Shown: positions 41,711 to 52,967 of the stretch, piece by piece
Position numbering within the stretch: the stretch's first letter is position 1
Layout of the letters: each line of letters begins with the position of its first letter
Source: Enteractinococcus sp.
GTDB taxonomy: Bacteria > Actinomycetota > Actinomycetes > Actinomycetales > Micrococcaceae
Reading direction: 5' to 3'
DNA length: 64,000 nt
Assembly: GCA_036516115.1 (NCBI GenBank)
Contig: DATBUL010000013.1
Coordinates: 6,335-70,334 of the forward strand
Notes under the pieces: generated by a model
Seen by the model: the letters and a program-made list of their open reading frames with translations, nothing else
Told to the model about the DNA's origin: nothing
Databases searched by the model: none
Translations under genes and position numbers: made by a program

Positions 41711-43054
41711 TTAGTTTTCGAGCTCCGATGCCATATCGGAGTCATAAAGACCCTGGAGCGTGGATTCCAGCTCGGTGAGGGTTTCTTCAACATCTGTATC
41801 AGTCGTCAAAATGGACTGCAGGGTCTGAGACAGGTTGAGGTCACCACCGGGCAGGAAGACGCGCGCGAAGTCTTGGGAGCGGGCGTTTTCGAGCTGGTTG
41901 ACGGCGACTTCAAAGGCCGGGGTCTCGGCGTAGACGTCAGACATGTCGGCGTCGGTGCGGACCGGCAGGTAACCGGTGCCTTCGGAGAAGGTTGCGGTGT
42001 TTTCAGCGTTGGTGACAAAGTCAATGAACATCGCAGCGGCAACCTTGTTTTCGGCTGGGGCTTTCTCAGCGATGCTCAGGCCGGCACCACCGGTGGGGAC
42101 CACAGCGTTGTCACCGGAAGGACCCAGTGGCAAGAAGCCGACGCCGACTTCGAAATCGGCGGTATCGAGAATGCCCGACAGGGATCCGGTCGAGGCAACA
42201 ACCTGGCTGACGGCTCCTGCGGAGAAGTCGGTGGCTGGGTCACCGGAGACGACTTCGGCCCACCCGTCGTTGACGGCGTCCTGGGCAAAGGTCAGAGCCT
42301 CGACGGTTTCATCTGATGATACGGCTGATAAATCCCAGTCATTGCTCCAGGCACCCCCGTAGCTCCACACCAGGTTCGACATGGTCCAGGCAGGGTATTC
42401 GGCTTGCGGTGGGAAACCAAATGGGGTGGCATCGACACCGGCTGCTTCAAGCGCCTCAGCGTGCGAGACCACTTCTTCCCAGGTTTCTGGAGCTTCTGTT
42501 AGATCGGCTGCTTCGTAGTGTTCAGCGTTGTAGTAGAACAACGGGGTCGAGCGGGCGTAGGGGGCACCGTAGTGGGAGCCTTCATACAGGTAGTCCCCGT
42601 AGAGGGCTTCTTGGTAAGTGCCGGTATCGGCGCCGATTTCTTCAAAGAGTGGATCCAGCGGTGCCAGCGAACCGTTGAGGTAGTTCGGGAACCAAGTAGC
42701 GTCAGATAATACGACGACGTCGCCGACGTCACCGGAGGCTTGGGCCGTTTGGAAGCGCTCGGAAACTTCTTCGTAGTTGGCACCAGCGGTGACCAATTCG
42801 ACGCTAATCCCGGTTTCTTCTTCGAAGTCTGCGATGAGCTCGCGTTCGATGTCGATCGAGCCACCGGGGTGGTTCGACCAGAAAGTGATCGACTCGGCTG
42901 GTTCAACGCCGGAGATGTCCTCAGCTACCGCGTCGGCCTCGGCGTCAGCGTTTCCTGAGGTGCTGGGACCGCATGCGGTGAAGAGCAGCGCAGCGGCGGC
43001 AAACACCGCTCCGGTGGCAAGACGGCGTTTACCGCCGGTAAACATGGTTGACAT
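41711..43054 (-). CDS. ABC substrate-binding lipoprotein (UgpB-like)
   Basis: Lipobox FTAC, ARSTPLFYYN, TGYLPVR. Confidence 0.88.
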   Translation of the reverse strand: MSTMFTGGKRRLATGAVFAAAALLFTACGPSTSGNADAEADAVAEDISGVEPAESITFWSNHPGGSIDIERELIADFEEETGISVELVTAGANYEEVSERFQTAQASGDVGDVVVLSDATWFPNYLNGSLAPLDPLFEEIGADTGTYQEALYGDYLYEGSHYGAPYARSTPLFYYNAEHYEAADLTEAPETWEEVVSHAEALEAAGVDATPFGFPPQAEYPAWTMSNLVWSYGGAWSNDWDLSAVSSDETVEALTFAQDAVNDGWAEVVSGDPATDFSAGAVSQVVASTGSLSGILDTADFEVGVGFLPLGPSGDNAVVPTGGAGLSIAEKAPAENKVAAAMFIDFVTNAENTATFSEGTGYLPVRTDADMSDVYAETPAFEVAVNQLENARSQDFARVFLPGGDLNLSQTLQSILTTDTDVEETLTELESTLQGLYDSDMASELEN

Positions 43055-43082
43055 GTTTGAGATTCCTTTCCTGGATGTGTGG

Positions 43083-43928
43083 TTATTTGACCGCGCCCTG
43101 AGTTAGGCCGGCCACAATGTAGCGCTGCAATGCAGCAAATATGACGAGAACAGGGACAATGACTAAGACGGCACCGGCCATGAGCACTCCGTAGGACCCG
43201 GTAGCGGATTCGATGGAGTTCAACAGGTTTAAGCCAACGGGAAGGGTCATTTTGTCGGCTGAATCGACGATGATCAACGGCCACAGGAAGTTATTCCACT
43301 CATTGACGATCGTCACCAGGGATACCGTGGCAATCGTAGGCAACGAGACCGGAACAATGACGGTCCATAACCGTTTCCAGTGCCCGGCACCATCAAGTTC
43401 AGCAGCTTCGACCAGCGCATAGGGCACGGTTTTAAACTGTTGACGCAACAGGAAGGTCCCAAAGGCCGTGCCAAGGCCGGGCAGGATAATTCCCCACAGG
43501 GTATTGCGCCCGCCTAAAGCCGAGATGGTCAGATAATTTGGCAGAATAGCCACTTCCGGTGGCACCATCAGGGCGACCAAAATGCCGAGAAAGATGAGGT
43601 TTTTAAATCGCACGTTAATGAATACCAGCGCGTAGGCGGTAGTGATAGCTAAGAGCACTTTGATGAAGGAGCCGACTGCCGTGGTGATGATCGAGTTTAA
43701 AAACACCTGCCCCAGGGGCACCCGTTGGGCGACCTGGTCGTAGTTTTCGATCGTGGGATCCTGCGGTAGGAAGGTCGGCGTCGTGGTGACGATCTCAGCC
43801 ACTGGTTTGAAAGAAGAAATGACCATCCATAACAAGGGCAAAACGACGATGAGCAAGGCCAGCAGCATGGGGAGGTAACCGCCGGCAATAGCCGACCATA
43901 GATGACGTGGTGTCAGGGCGCGTTTCAT
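43083..43928 (-). CDS. Carbohydrate ABC permease
   Basis: EAAELDGA loop, WNNFLWPLI. Confidence 0.9.
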   Translation of the reverse strand: MKRALTPRHLWSAIAGGYLPMLLALLIVVLPLLWMVISSFKPVAEIVTTTPTFLPQDPTIENYDQVAQRVPLGQVFLNSIITTAVGSFIKVLLAITTAYALVFINVRFKNLIFLGILVALMVPPEVAILPNYLTISALGGRNTLWGIILPGLGTAFGTFLLRQQFKTVPYALVEAAELDGAGHWKRLWTVIVPVSLPTIATVSLVTIVNEWNNFLWPLIIVDSADKMTLPVGLNLLNSIESATGSYGVLMAGAVLVIVPVLVIFAALQRYIVAGLTQGAVK

Positions 43929-44890
43929 GCGTAGTGCACCTTCTTTTCCACAAACCGGATTTGGATGAAGGTGACCAAGAACAGCACGACGAACAGCACC
44001 ACCGAGATCGCCGCAGAGTACCCTGCGCGTTGGTAAGCGCCGAAGGATTGCAGGTAGACCTCAAATAAAATCGTGTTGGTACCGTTCCCTGAGGGGGTCA
44101 TGATACGCAACACGTCGAATGCCTGCATCGACGACAGAATGCTGGTGATCAAAATAAAGAACATCGTTGGGCTCAGCAGCGGTAGCGTCACCTTGAAAAA
44201 TGTGCGGACAGGACCGGCACGATCGATTGCAGCGGCTTCAAACAGATCATTCGGGATGGACTGGAGCCCCGCTAAGAAGATCACGGCACAATAGCCGAGG
44301 TTTTTCCAGATATAAACGATAATGACCATCAGCAGGGCCAGGTCAGGATCCAGGAACCACTCGGGAGAGTTTTGCCCGAAATAGGCAAAGACGTGACTGA
44401 GTACCCCGAGGTTGGGGTCGAATATAAAGCTCCACACCAAACCGATGCCGACACCGGATAACACGTAGGGTGAAAAGACCGCGGTCCGCACGACGGTACG
44501 CCCCGGTAGTTTTCGATTTAACACCACTGCTAACAACAGGCCCAGAACCATGGAGCCGACGACGGTGGCCACGGTGAAAATGATCGTGACACGCCAGACT
44601 TCTAATCCGGTCTCCGAAGTAAAGAATTGAATGTAGTTATCCAGGCCAATAAACGTGGCCGTGTCGGACCCGAGACGCCAGTTGAGCAACGAGTACCGAA
44701 CGTTGGCGATTAACGGGTAGTAAATGAACAGCAGGATCAGGGCAATATTCGGCCCGGCAAATAGTAGGAACGTGGTCCAGTTCTTCCTGGAACGTGCCCG
44801 ACGAGCTTGCTTATGCTGCTGTGCAGTGTGGCGAACAACCGGTGTGCGTTGTTCGGGATCGGCCTTTGTAGCCGGTGGTCTGATGGACAT
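43925..44890 (-). CDS. Carbohydrate ABC permease
   Basis: WKNLGY, LAGLQSIP, EAAAID. Confidence 0.9.
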   Translation of the reverse strand: MSIRPPATKADPEQRTPVVRHTAQQHKQARRARSRKNWTTFLLFAGPNIALILLFIYYPLIANVRYSLLNWRLGSDTATFIGLDNYIQFFTSETGLEVWRVTIIFTVATVVGSMVLGLLLAVVLNRKLPGRTVVRTAVFSPYVLSGVGIGLVWSFIFDPNLGVLSHVFAYFGQNSPEWFLDPDLALLMVIIVYIWKNLGYCAVIFLAGLQSIPNDLFEAAAIDRAGPVRTFFKVTLPLLSPTMFFILITSILSSMQAFDVLRIMTPSGNGTNTILFEVYLQSFGAYQRAGYSAAISVVLFVVLFLVTFIQIRFVEKKVHYA

Positions 44891-45002
44891 AGCTGTTGAG
44901 ATTAACAGCGGTCGGTTGACGGCTAGGGCCTGTCAGGTCAACGAATCCTAAACCTGCGGTAAACGAGTCCGGTTTTGTCATGAACATCATAGAGTGGAAG
45001 CA

Positions 45003-47621
45003 ATGAAACAAGAATCTTCCGGTGCCAATGCACCCTTTGGTCTCAACTTCATTGGTTCCGGGCTACCCGCAGCGGAAGTCACCGAGCCCTTATTAGACGG
45101 TGACGTTGCACTCCGCACCGTTGTGGTAGCGCCTCCCGGGACCGGGAAAACCACGATCGTGCCGCCGACGGTAGCGAATCGTGTGGCGACCCAGGGCCGG
45201 GGTGGCAAAGTGGTTGTGACCCAGCCGCGCCGGATGGCGGCTCGTGCCGCGGCCCGACGACTGGCACAGTTATCCGGTACCCGAGTCGGCGATGTCGTCG
45301 GGTACACGGTGCGCGGTGACCAGCAAACCTCACAGTCCACGCTGGTTGAGTTTGTTACCACCGGTGTGCTGTTGCGTCGGCTCATCCGGGATCCCGAAGC
45401 TACCGGCATTGCCGCGATTATCTTAGATGAGGTCCATGAGCGTCAGTTAGATACTGATTTGACGTTCGCGATGGTCCAGCAACTGGGTCAATTACGCGAT
45501 AAACCACTCGACATTGTGGTCATGTCAGCCACGCTTGATGCACAACTGTGGGCAGACCTCTTGGCTAGCGAGCAGGAAAAGCCCGCGGAGATTCTCAGCG
45601 TCGACGCCGTCACACATCCGCTTCGTGAACAGTGGGCGCCGTTACCCGGTCATCAGCGAAGTCTCGATGCTCGAGGAGTGACTGAGACGTTCCTGACTCA
45701 TGTCGCTCACACCGTCGTGGCGACTCTGGAACGCGAGCCCAACGGAGATATTCTCGTGTTCTTACCGGGCGCTCGAGAAATTCAGCGCATGCAGCAACGA
45801 CTAGCTCAACAACTCAGTGCTGTCTCGGTAGAGGTATTACCTCTGCTTGGCTCGACCCCTGCGGAGGAACAAGATCGTATACTCCAGCCCCCGACAATTC
45901 AACAACCCCGAAGGATTGTACTGGCAACGAACGTAGCTGAATCGGCGCTCACAGTGCCCGGTGTACGCATTGTGATCGACACTGGATTAGATCGGCAAAG
46001 TCGACTCGATACGGTTCGTGGCGTGGCCGGACTCGTTACTGTCGGCGCAGCCAAGTCCTCCATGGTTCAGCGAGGTGGCCGTGCTGCTCGAGAAGCTCCC
46101 GGCCTTGTGGTTCGGTGCATGTCAGAAGCTGAATTCGCCGCGCGACCAGCACATCGTCCCGCAGAAGTGCGGACAACCGATCTCACCCAGGCAGTCTTGG
46201 ATCTGGCCTGTTGGGGCTCCGCCGATGGAGCTGGCATGGCATTGCCCGAAGCATTGCCACACCGCTCCTATCAGACCGCGGTTGAAACGTTGCTGCAGTT
46301 GGGAGCGCTTGATGACGATGTGAGCGTTACTGAACTGGGGCGCAAGCTGGCCAACCTTCCGGTGGATCCACGGTTAGGCAGGGCACTCTATGACGGCGCT
46401 GATTTTGCAGGAGCACAATTGGTGGCAGAAATCGTGGCTACCCTCGCCTCTGACCAGCGCGCCCCGGGCGCTGATCTTTCCGTCTTGCACCGTCAGCTTC
46501 GTTCCCAACGGCCCCAGCGTTGGAGAAATGATGTCTCGCGGCTACGACGCGTGCTGCCATCAGCGACCGATGACCCCTTACCTGACCTGCTGCACGTTGG
46601 CCTGATCACTGCCTTGGCGTATCCGGGCCAGATTGCGCGTCGAAGAGGTGCCGAAGCCGGACAGGAATCAGAATATTTATTAGCTTCCGGAACCGCTGCG
46701 TCGCTCCCTCGCGATTCCTCACTGCAGGGGTGTCAGTGGTTGGCTATCGCTGAGTTGGCACTGGTGGGCGATCGCACGATCATCCGCAGCGCCGCCGAAT
46801 TGGATCAAGATCGTGCCGAACTTGCGGCAGGTCCCTTAGTCACAACACGAACCGAGGCGAAGTTTGTCGATGGAAAAGTCTCGGCGCGCTCAGTGCATCG
46901 ATTGGGTGCTATCGAGCTGTCATCCACACCCATCAAACCGACCGCAGCCCACACAAGATCCGCAGTGGCTGCAGAAATCCAGGATCGTGGCATCTTGGCC
47001 TTCTTCGAGGTGGACACCAAGGCTCAACGATTTGCGAATTTTCAAGCGCTTCGTGGAAGGCTCGGTGTCTTGCACCGGGTTCTTGGCCCACCCTGGCCAG
47101 CGATGACCGATACAGCACTTACCAAGCGCCTTGATGATTGGTTGGCACCAGAAATTGAACAGCTTGCTGGTGGCACACCCCATAAACATATCGATCTCAC
47201 GTCCGCGTTGCGGCGACTTCTCCCATGGCCCGAAGCATCACGTTTCGAAGACCTAACACCAGAACAACTCCAGGTACCGTCCGGTTCTCACATACGTTTG
47301 GATTGGCCCGCACCAGAAGAACATACTGACGATGAAGTGGCCTCCCCCATCCTTGCGGTCAAGTTACAGGAATGCTTTGGTTGGACCGGCAGCCCCACGG
47401 TGGTTCAGGGCAAGGTACCGGTGGTCTTGCATTTGCTCTCTCCCGCCCAGCGTCCCCTTGCCATTACTCGAGACCTGTCAAACTTCTGGATCAACGTCTA
47501 CCCACAGGTGCGGGCTGAAAACCGCGGCCGATACGTTAAGCATCCGTGGCCTGAGGATCCATTAACTGCCGTGGCGACTGCCAAGACCAACAGAGCGCTA
47601 CGGAACTCCCAGGAATCCTAA
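45003..47621 (+). CDS. hrpB: ATP-dependent RNA helicase HrpB
   Basis: APPGTGKTT, DEVHER, MSAT, TNVAESALT, QRGGRAAR and HrpB C-terminus LLSPAQRP...KHPWPEDP. Confidence 0.93.
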   Translation: MKQESSGANAPFGLNFIGSGLPAAEVTEPLLDGDVALRTVVVAPPGTGKTTIVPPTVANRVATQGRGGKVVVTQPRRMAARAAARRLAQLSGTRVGDVVGYTVRGDQQTSQSTLVEFVTTGVLLRRLIRDPEATGIAAIILDEVHERQLDTDLTFAMVQQLGQLRDKPLDIVVMSATLDAQLWADLLASEQEKPAEILSVDAVTHPLREQWAPLPGHQRSLDARGVTETFLTHVAHTVVATLEREPNGDILVFLPGAREIQRMQQRLAQQLSAVSVEVLPLLGSTPAEEQDRILQPPTIQQPRRIVLATNVAESALTVPGVRIVIDTGLDRQSRLDTVRGVAGLVTVGAAKSSMVQRGGRAAREAPGLVVRCMSEAEFAARPAHRPAEVRTTDLTQAVLDLACWGSADGAGMALPEALPHRSYQTAVETLLQLGALDDDVSVTELGRKLANLPVDPRLGRALYDGADFAGAQLVAEIVATLASDQRAPGADLSVLHRQLRSQRPQRWRNDVSRLRRVLPSATDDPLPDLLHVGLITALAYPGQIARRRGAEAGQESEYLLASGTAASLPRDSSLQGCQWLAIAELALVGDRTIIRSAAELDQDRAELAAGPLVTTRTEAKFVDGKVSARSVHRLGAIELSSTPIKPTAAHTRSAVAAEIQDRGILAFFEVDTKAQRFANFQALRGRLGVLHRVLGPPWPAMTDTALTKRLDDWLAPEIEQLAGGTPHKHIDLTSALRRLLPWPEASRFEDLTPEQLQVPSGSHIRLDWPAPEEHTDDEVASPILAVKLQECFGWTGSPTVVQGKVPVVLHLLSPAQRPLAITRDLSNFWINVYPQVRAENRGRYVKHPWPEDPLTAVATAKTNRALRNSQES

Positions 47622-47632
47622 CGCCTTGGACA

Positions 47633-47869
47633 TCACTTCTTGCGACGAATACCGCGCGTGAAATATAACACGGGACCGATGTAGTTCACCGCAATGATGG
47701 CAGCCCATTTGCCTTTCCTTCCCCGCACCTCGTCGGGTGATCTCAAGGCGAGATCAGTCCAAGCCGTCGCTGCCAGCGCGAGTTGAATCGACACAAACGT
47801 CAACACGGAAGCTTGTTGTTTCGTGGTCAGGTCATCCCAGGTTTTGCGGTTACGCTTTTTTCCAGTCAT
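47633..47869 (-). CDS. PLDc N-terminal domain membrane protein
   Basis: AWTDLA.RS.DEVRG.KGKWAAIIAVNYIGPVLYF; start moved to ATG 47869. Confidence 0.75.
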   Translation of the reverse strand: MTGKKRNRKTWDDLTTKQQASVLTFVSIQLALAATAWTDLALRSPDEVRGRKGKWAAIIAVNYIGPVLYFTRGIRRKK

Positions 47870-48209
47870 CTTTATCCTGTCTACACAGCCACCGAATTGA
47901 AAGGTGGCCTTCCTATGTGATCCATTATGGGACGCTGTCATAGCGTCGGCTAGCCTTGCCTTGCCCATTGCGGAAGCGTCCGCCGCACACTCGCGTTTCA
48001 CTGTCAGATGCGGCATACGTTTCCCTGTGCATCGTTGAACAGCTAGATAATCCTCGAGGCGTCTTCGGTCGCTGTGCTTCTCCCAGTGCTCGTTATGACC
48101 ACTCGAGCGAGCAGGATGAGGCGATGTTCATTGTCCTGTGCGATCAGTAAGGTCATGATCAACATAGCGCTCAAGCAAGACCGATGAGTGCTTAATACCG
48201 GGAGGGTTC

Positions 48210-48953
48210 ATGTTACGGCTGAACGTATCCGACGGCGTCCACGTAATGACCCACGCCTATGTCAATAGTTACCTCATTGAAGACCAAGGTGGCCTCACGT
48301 TAGTCGATGCTGGACTGCCCAGCATGTGGCCCATACTTCTTGAACTGTTGGAAACCATTGGCCGTCCCATCGACGACCTTGAGGCCATGGTCCTCACGCA
48401 TGGACATTTTGATCACGTCGGGATTGCAGCTCGTCTGCGACGTGATCACCACGTGCCCGTATATGTCCATGGTCATGATGTGGAGTTGGCAGCCCACCCT
48501 TATCGTTATACACCGCAACGCAATCGGTTGTTGTATCCGCTCTTTCGTCCTGCGTCCTTACCGGTTTTAGGGCGGATGGCTCTCGCTGGGGCTCTGCACG
48601 TTCGCGGTGGCACAGCGAGTCGGTCCTTTGCCCACTCCGAACAGTTGCAGGTACCAGGCGGGCCGATCCCCCGGCACACTCCTGGTCATACGGCCGGGCA
48701 TTGCATGCTGGAGTTGCCGGGTCGAGACACCATGATCACCGGAGATGCTCTGGTGACGCTTGACCCCTATACGGGCAAAACCGGCCCACAGATTGTGGCC
48801 TCGGCCGCCACGCAGGACACCAACCAGGCCATAGAGTCGCTCAAAGTCCTCGAGGCGTATCCCACGACGACGTTGCTGCCCGGCCACGGGATGCCATGGC
48901 AACTTGGTACGCCGACAGCACTGCGTCATGCTCGTGCTGTCGGTGAGCACTAG
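48210..48953 (+). CDS. MBL-fold metallo-hydrolase
   Basis: THGHFDH, HTPGHT, TGDAL, PGHG. Confidence 0.88.
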   Translation: MLRLNVSDGVHVMTHAYVNSYLIEDQGGLTLVDAGLPSMWPILLELLETIGRPIDDLEAMVLTHGHFDHVGIAARLRRDHHVPVYVHGHDVELAAHPYRYTPQRNRLLYPLFRPASLPVLGRMALAGALHVRGGTASRSFAHSEQLQVPGGPIPRHTPGHTAGHCMLELPGRDTMITGDALVTLDPYTGKTGPQIVASAATQDTNQAIESLKVLEAYPTTTLLPGHGMPWQLGTPTALRHARAVGEH

Positions 48954-48957
48954 CGTG

Positions 48958-51054
48958 TCATTGCTCTGATGGGATGATGGCTTCGAGTTTGGTGAGAAAT
49001 TCTTGCAACACCGGTCCGTTGGTCTGTGCACCGGCGAAACCCTCCGAATAAAACAGTGCAACCGCCAGATCGCCATGTGTCGCCATGATCCAGGTGTGAG
49101 CTAATTCCTCGCCGTCGTCAACGTATTGGGCTGTGCCGGTTTTGGCATAGACCGGCGCTCCTGGCACATCTTGTAATATCGGCACCGTCCCGTACTCGAC
49201 AGGACCGGCCATCAGCTGCTGCAAGGTGGCTGCTTCGTCTTCAGTCAGTGGCGCATTTGCTGGGAACTCTTCATGACGTGTCACATCGACCGCAGGTTCG
49301 GCGACGATGACTGGTTGGACTGTCTGACCTGCCGCAATCGAGGCTGCGACGGTGGCCATACCAAGTGGCGAGGCTTGGACACGTCCTTGCCCGAAGAGCC
49401 CGGCAGCGTGTTGTGTTCCTTGCACATCGGTCGGCACGGATCCCAAAAACGCGCCGTCATATCCGGTCACTGGATCGCTGACGAGTCCTAATGCGACGGC
49501 AGCATCATGCACTTGCTCTGGCGTGAGGTCTTGCCATTGACTGACGAAACTGGTGTTACATGATTGGGCGACCGCATCTGCCAGGGTGATGTCTCCGAGG
49601 TAGCCGGCGGGGTACCCATCAAAATTCGAGATTTCGGTGCCGTCGATCGTCACGGTCTGCGGGCAGCTGACCGTGGAGTCTGGGGTCATCCCGTTGCGTA
49701 GCATCGCCAGCGTCGTGACAATTTTGAAGGTGGACCCGGGCGGGTATGCGCCCGTGACGGCCAACGGCCAACTGGTGTCCGCCGGGCCGTCGGCAGCTGC
49801 GAGTATGTGACCATCGGATGGCCGGAGCACCACGAGCCCAGCGGGCACATCTGCGTCGTCAATCATGTCTTCGGCGAGTTCTTGCACATCGAGCTCAAGG
49901 GTGGTGGTCACCGGCTTGCCATCAATGGTTTTACGATGAAAGGATACCGCTTCGCTAGCTGCCGACTGGGTGGCTTGGTCATTGTCGACGGTGATCTGTA
50001 GACCATCAATTCCGGCGAGCTGGTCGTTATACATTCGTTGCAGCCCAGTCAGTCCAGTGGGAACGCCGGCGGTCAATGCCCCTTCGGATGCTTCAATCTG
50101 TTCAGCGTTGGGTTCGCCGAAGGTACCTAAGATGGAACGGGCGAAGGTCCGAGACGGACCTAATACCATGGTGTCTTCCATCGCCATCGCACCTTGGATT
50201 TCTACAATCGTGTCCATAGGAATCTCAGTATCTGGGGTATCGCGAAGGACAATAAACTCTACCCAGGCTCGCTCCCCGGCCGCGAGGGTTCGCTCAACGA
50301 GTGGTTCTGAGTCCAAGTCGAGGGCGGTGGCCAATGCGCTGGCTGATTCCGTGAGAGCTGCTTCGATCTCTTCGTCCGTGGGTTGTGCACCCCCGCTCGA
50401 TAATGCCTGGAGGACGTGTGACTTATCAATGCCGATACGTTGTACTGCCCGATCCATGACGAGGGCATTACCGTCTCCGTCACGGATGCTCCCACGCTGG
50501 GCGGGCTCAACGCTCACCACAACACGTCCGTCGTCTGCCAAGCCTGGAATCAAGGCCTCGGCTGTTAGGTGGGGTTGCCAGACTTCGCTGTCTTGATCCC
50601 ACATGAGTTTGGTTTGTGCCTGATACGACCAATCGTGGTCCGAGGTCGTCTCGGAGGTTTCACGAGCACCGTTCTGCGCGGGCGTCAGATCCCAGGTGAC
50701 CGTATACGTGGCGGTCGCAGTGACGACCTCGTCGTCGGTGTCGTCGATGACTGCGGTATCCAATTCCACGCTGCGAGGATACGGCTGGAGCGGCTCCGTG
50801 AGGTCTGCGAGCGCTTGGGGTGTCAATGAATCATCGGTCAGTGCCAGATTGTTGAGTGAGGTGAAGTCTTCGGAGGCGAGAGCGTTGTTGAACTCTTGGG
50901 CTGCTTCGGTTGGATCTGGAATATTCGTACCGCACGCACTCAGGGCAAGTGCGACACTGACCAGGACTGCGGTAAGGCTGAAACGATGCCACCGATAAGT
51001 GGCTCTTTGCTTGATTGACTCGGTATTGGACGTGGCGTGAGTGAAGTGAGTCAT
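48958..51054 (-). CDS. Penicillin-binding transpeptidase lipoprotein
   Basis: Lipobox LSAC; SxxK (GSTFK), SxN (SCN), KTG. Confidence 0.9.
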   Translation of the reverse strand: MTHFTHATSNTESIKQRATYRWHRFSLTAVLVSVALALSACGTNIPDPTEAAQEFNNALASEDFTSLNNLALTDDSLTPQALADLTEPLQPYPRSVELDTAVIDDTDDEVVTATATYTVTWDLTPAQNGARETSETTSDHDWSYQAQTKLMWDQDSEVWQPHLTAEALIPGLADDGRVVVSVEPAQRGSIRDGDGNALVMDRAVQRIGIDKSHVLQALSSGGAQPTDEEIEAALTESASALATALDLDSEPLVERTLAAGERAWVEFIVLRDTPDTEIPMDTIVEIQGAMAMEDTMVLGPSRTFARSILGTFGEPNAEQIEASEGALTAGVPTGLTGLQRMYNDQLAGIDGLQITVDNDQATQSAASEAVSFHRKTIDGKPVTTTLELDVQELAEDMIDDADVPAGLVVLRPSDGHILAAADGPADTSWPLAVTGAYPPGSTFKIVTTLAMLRNGMTPDSTVSCPQTVTIDGTEISNFDGYPAGYLGDITLADAVAQSCNTSFVSQWQDLTPEQVHDAAVALGLVSDPVTGYDGAFLGSVPTDVQGTQHAAGLFGQGRVQASPLGMATVAASIAAGQTVQPVIVAEPAVDVTRHEEFPANAPLTEDEAATLQQLMAGPVEYGTVPILQDVPGAPVYAKTGTAQYVDDGEELAHTWIMATHGDLAVALFYSEGFAGAQTNGPVLQEFLTKLEAIIPSEQ

Positions 51055-51148
51055 AGTGCGTAGTCTAATGCTCTGCTGGGTTCTGACCGCCGCGTTAAGG
51101 GAATCGCACCGGCGGTTTCGTGTTCCGCGAGCGCAGGTGGGGAGGCGT

Positions 51149-52354
51149 CTAAAATTTCATGGCTTCCGAGGGATTTACGGTGAAGACGCGTTGTCCGGCT
51201 AACCACTCGGTGAGCTGTTGTGCTTTGGCTTCTAGGGCTTCGGATGCCGTGGGGGTGAGCTGTTCCAGCAGCTTGAGATGGACTTTACCTGTCTGGTCCT
51301 GATTCCAAGCGCCCACGACTTGGCCGTTGATCCACACTGTAGTACCGGCGTTTCCGACGCTGTCGAAGAGTTTTGGTGCATTGGTTCCAAGGAAGAAGTC
51401 TCGGTGTTTCCAGCCCATCACCGTGGGATCAAGGATTGGTAGCAGCGCGATCCACGATTCGGGAGCCGTGATGACGTCGAGGTCGTCGTGTCGCAGCCAT
51501 CCGATCGACCCGTCATCAAGTGCAACGGGTAGTGCCCCGAGATCTTCTAGTGCTGTGCGTACGATGGTTTTGGTTGCGCCGAGCCACCAGGTGATGTCCT
51601 CGACGGTGCCGGGCCCATATGACCACAGCCACCGGTTGATCAGTTCCTGATAACCCTCTCGTGCTTCAAGGGTGGGTGGGAGCTGGTTATTCCACCAGCG
51701 ATTGGTGGTGGTCCAGGTGGGTCGACTTGTGTACCAGGCGCCAGCGTTTTGTGCCCGTGTTACTTTGCCTGACAGGCTGAGTCCGGTCAGCACTTTGGGT
51801 GCGATGGCGACCTTCCCGCCCCAAGATTTCTGGGGTGATTGTATGAAGTGGCCTGCCACTTCAGGCACTTGTTGTCGCAATTGGGTAGCGGAACGGGGCA
51901 CACCATCCGAGAGGTGTTCAAGCACGGCTGCTTCTGCGGTGTCTAACCAGGTTGGCCCAGTCCCCTCAGGTACGTATCCCCACCGTTCCACATCTTTGAT
52001 GAGGCGGGTGCGGTTGATCCTGGCAAAGCGGGCGGAAACACTTGACCACACGGCGGGGAGTAGTTCCCGGGGAAACACAAACAGTGTTTCTCGCATTGCT
52101 TGTTGTTTGACTAACGACCGGGACTCGTACAGAGCATGCTCTACCCCGTGGATGTCGAGGTCTTTGGTCCGAGCCCAACACGATATGTGGACACTTGAGG
52201 CTTCGGTCGCATGCAAACTGACCACCGCGTGTGCGGCTTCTTCTGGTGAGCGTACGTGAGTAGACGGTGCGAGAGCGTGGCGAATCGCTAATCTGGCTCG
52301 CCGTTCTTCGTTCGTCACCGACCGGATAGTCGCTGGCGCGTCATCATTGTTCAT
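51149..52354 (-). CDS. AlkZ-like winged-helix (HTH_42) DNA glycosylase family
   Basis: LHAT, AMRETLF, YGPGT.EDITWWLG, LLPILDPTVMGWK. Confidence 0.82.
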   Translation of the reverse strand: MNNDDAPATIRSVTNEERRARLAIRHALAPSTHVRSPEEAAHAVVSLHATEASSVHISCWARTKDLDIHGVEHALYESRSLVKQQAMRETLFVFPRELLPAVWSSVSARFARINRTRLIKDVERWGYVPEGTGPTWLDTAEAAVLEHLSDGVPRSATQLRQQVPEVAGHFIQSPQKSWGGKVAIAPKVLTGLSLSGKVTRAQNAGAWYTSRPTWTTTNRWWNNQLPPTLEAREGYQELINRWLWSYGPGTVEDITWWLGATKTIVRTALEDLGALPVALDDGSIGWLRHDDLDVITAPESWIALLPILDPTVMGWKHRDFFLGTNAPKLFDSVGNAGTTVWINGQVVGAWNQDQTGKVHLKLLEQLTPTASEALEAKAQQLTEWLAGQRVFTVNPSEAMKF

Positions 52355-52481
52355 GAATCACTCTAAGACCCACTGTTCCTTGCGTTGCAGTAACGAAGTG
52401 TGCCGTACGGCCCGCTTCGTGAATTGCTGGCTTGCTCTGCCGCTGCTCAGAGCGACTCCTTAGCCGGTGCTACCATGAGGC

Positions 52482-52967
52482 ATGGCTCACTATGATATCA
52501 AGACGCATAAGGGCTCGTTTCACATCAGACGCGCAACCTTATCGGATGTTCAGGACATTGTTGGCTTACTCCGCGACGACCGACTGGGTCAGAATCGCGA
52601 ATCAGCACAGTGGGCCACGTATGAATCAGCGTTTTACGATATCGATGGCGATCCACGACATTTTTTGGCTGTTGTCGAGGATGAGGCTGCTCGTATCGTT
52701 GGTACGATGCAGCTCACCCTCATCCCTGGGTTATCGCGCGGGGGTTCAACACGGTTACAGATCGAGGCAGTCCGGATCACTTCGTCAACGCGTGGTACAG
52801 GCTTGGGAACGGCTATGATCACCTGGGCTCATGACTACGGTCGAGCCCATGTGGCTAGCCTAGTGCAGTTAACTACCGATAAATCTCGTGATGATGCGAT
52901 ACGCTTCTACACGTCTTTAGGCTACGTGGCCAGCCATGAAGGACTCAAACTGTCCTTGGAACGATGA
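52482..52967 (+). CDS. GNAT acetyltransferase
   Basis: RGTGLG, VQLTTDKSR, FYTSLGYVASHEG. Confidence 0.9.
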   Translation: MAHYDIKTHKGSFHIRRATLSDVQDIVGLLRDDRLGQNRESAQWATYESAFYDIDGDPRHFLAVVEDEAARIVGTMQLTLIPGLSRGGSTRLQIEAVRITSSTRGTGLGTAMITWAHDYGRAHVASLVQLTTDKSRDDAIRFYTSLGYVASHEGLKLSLER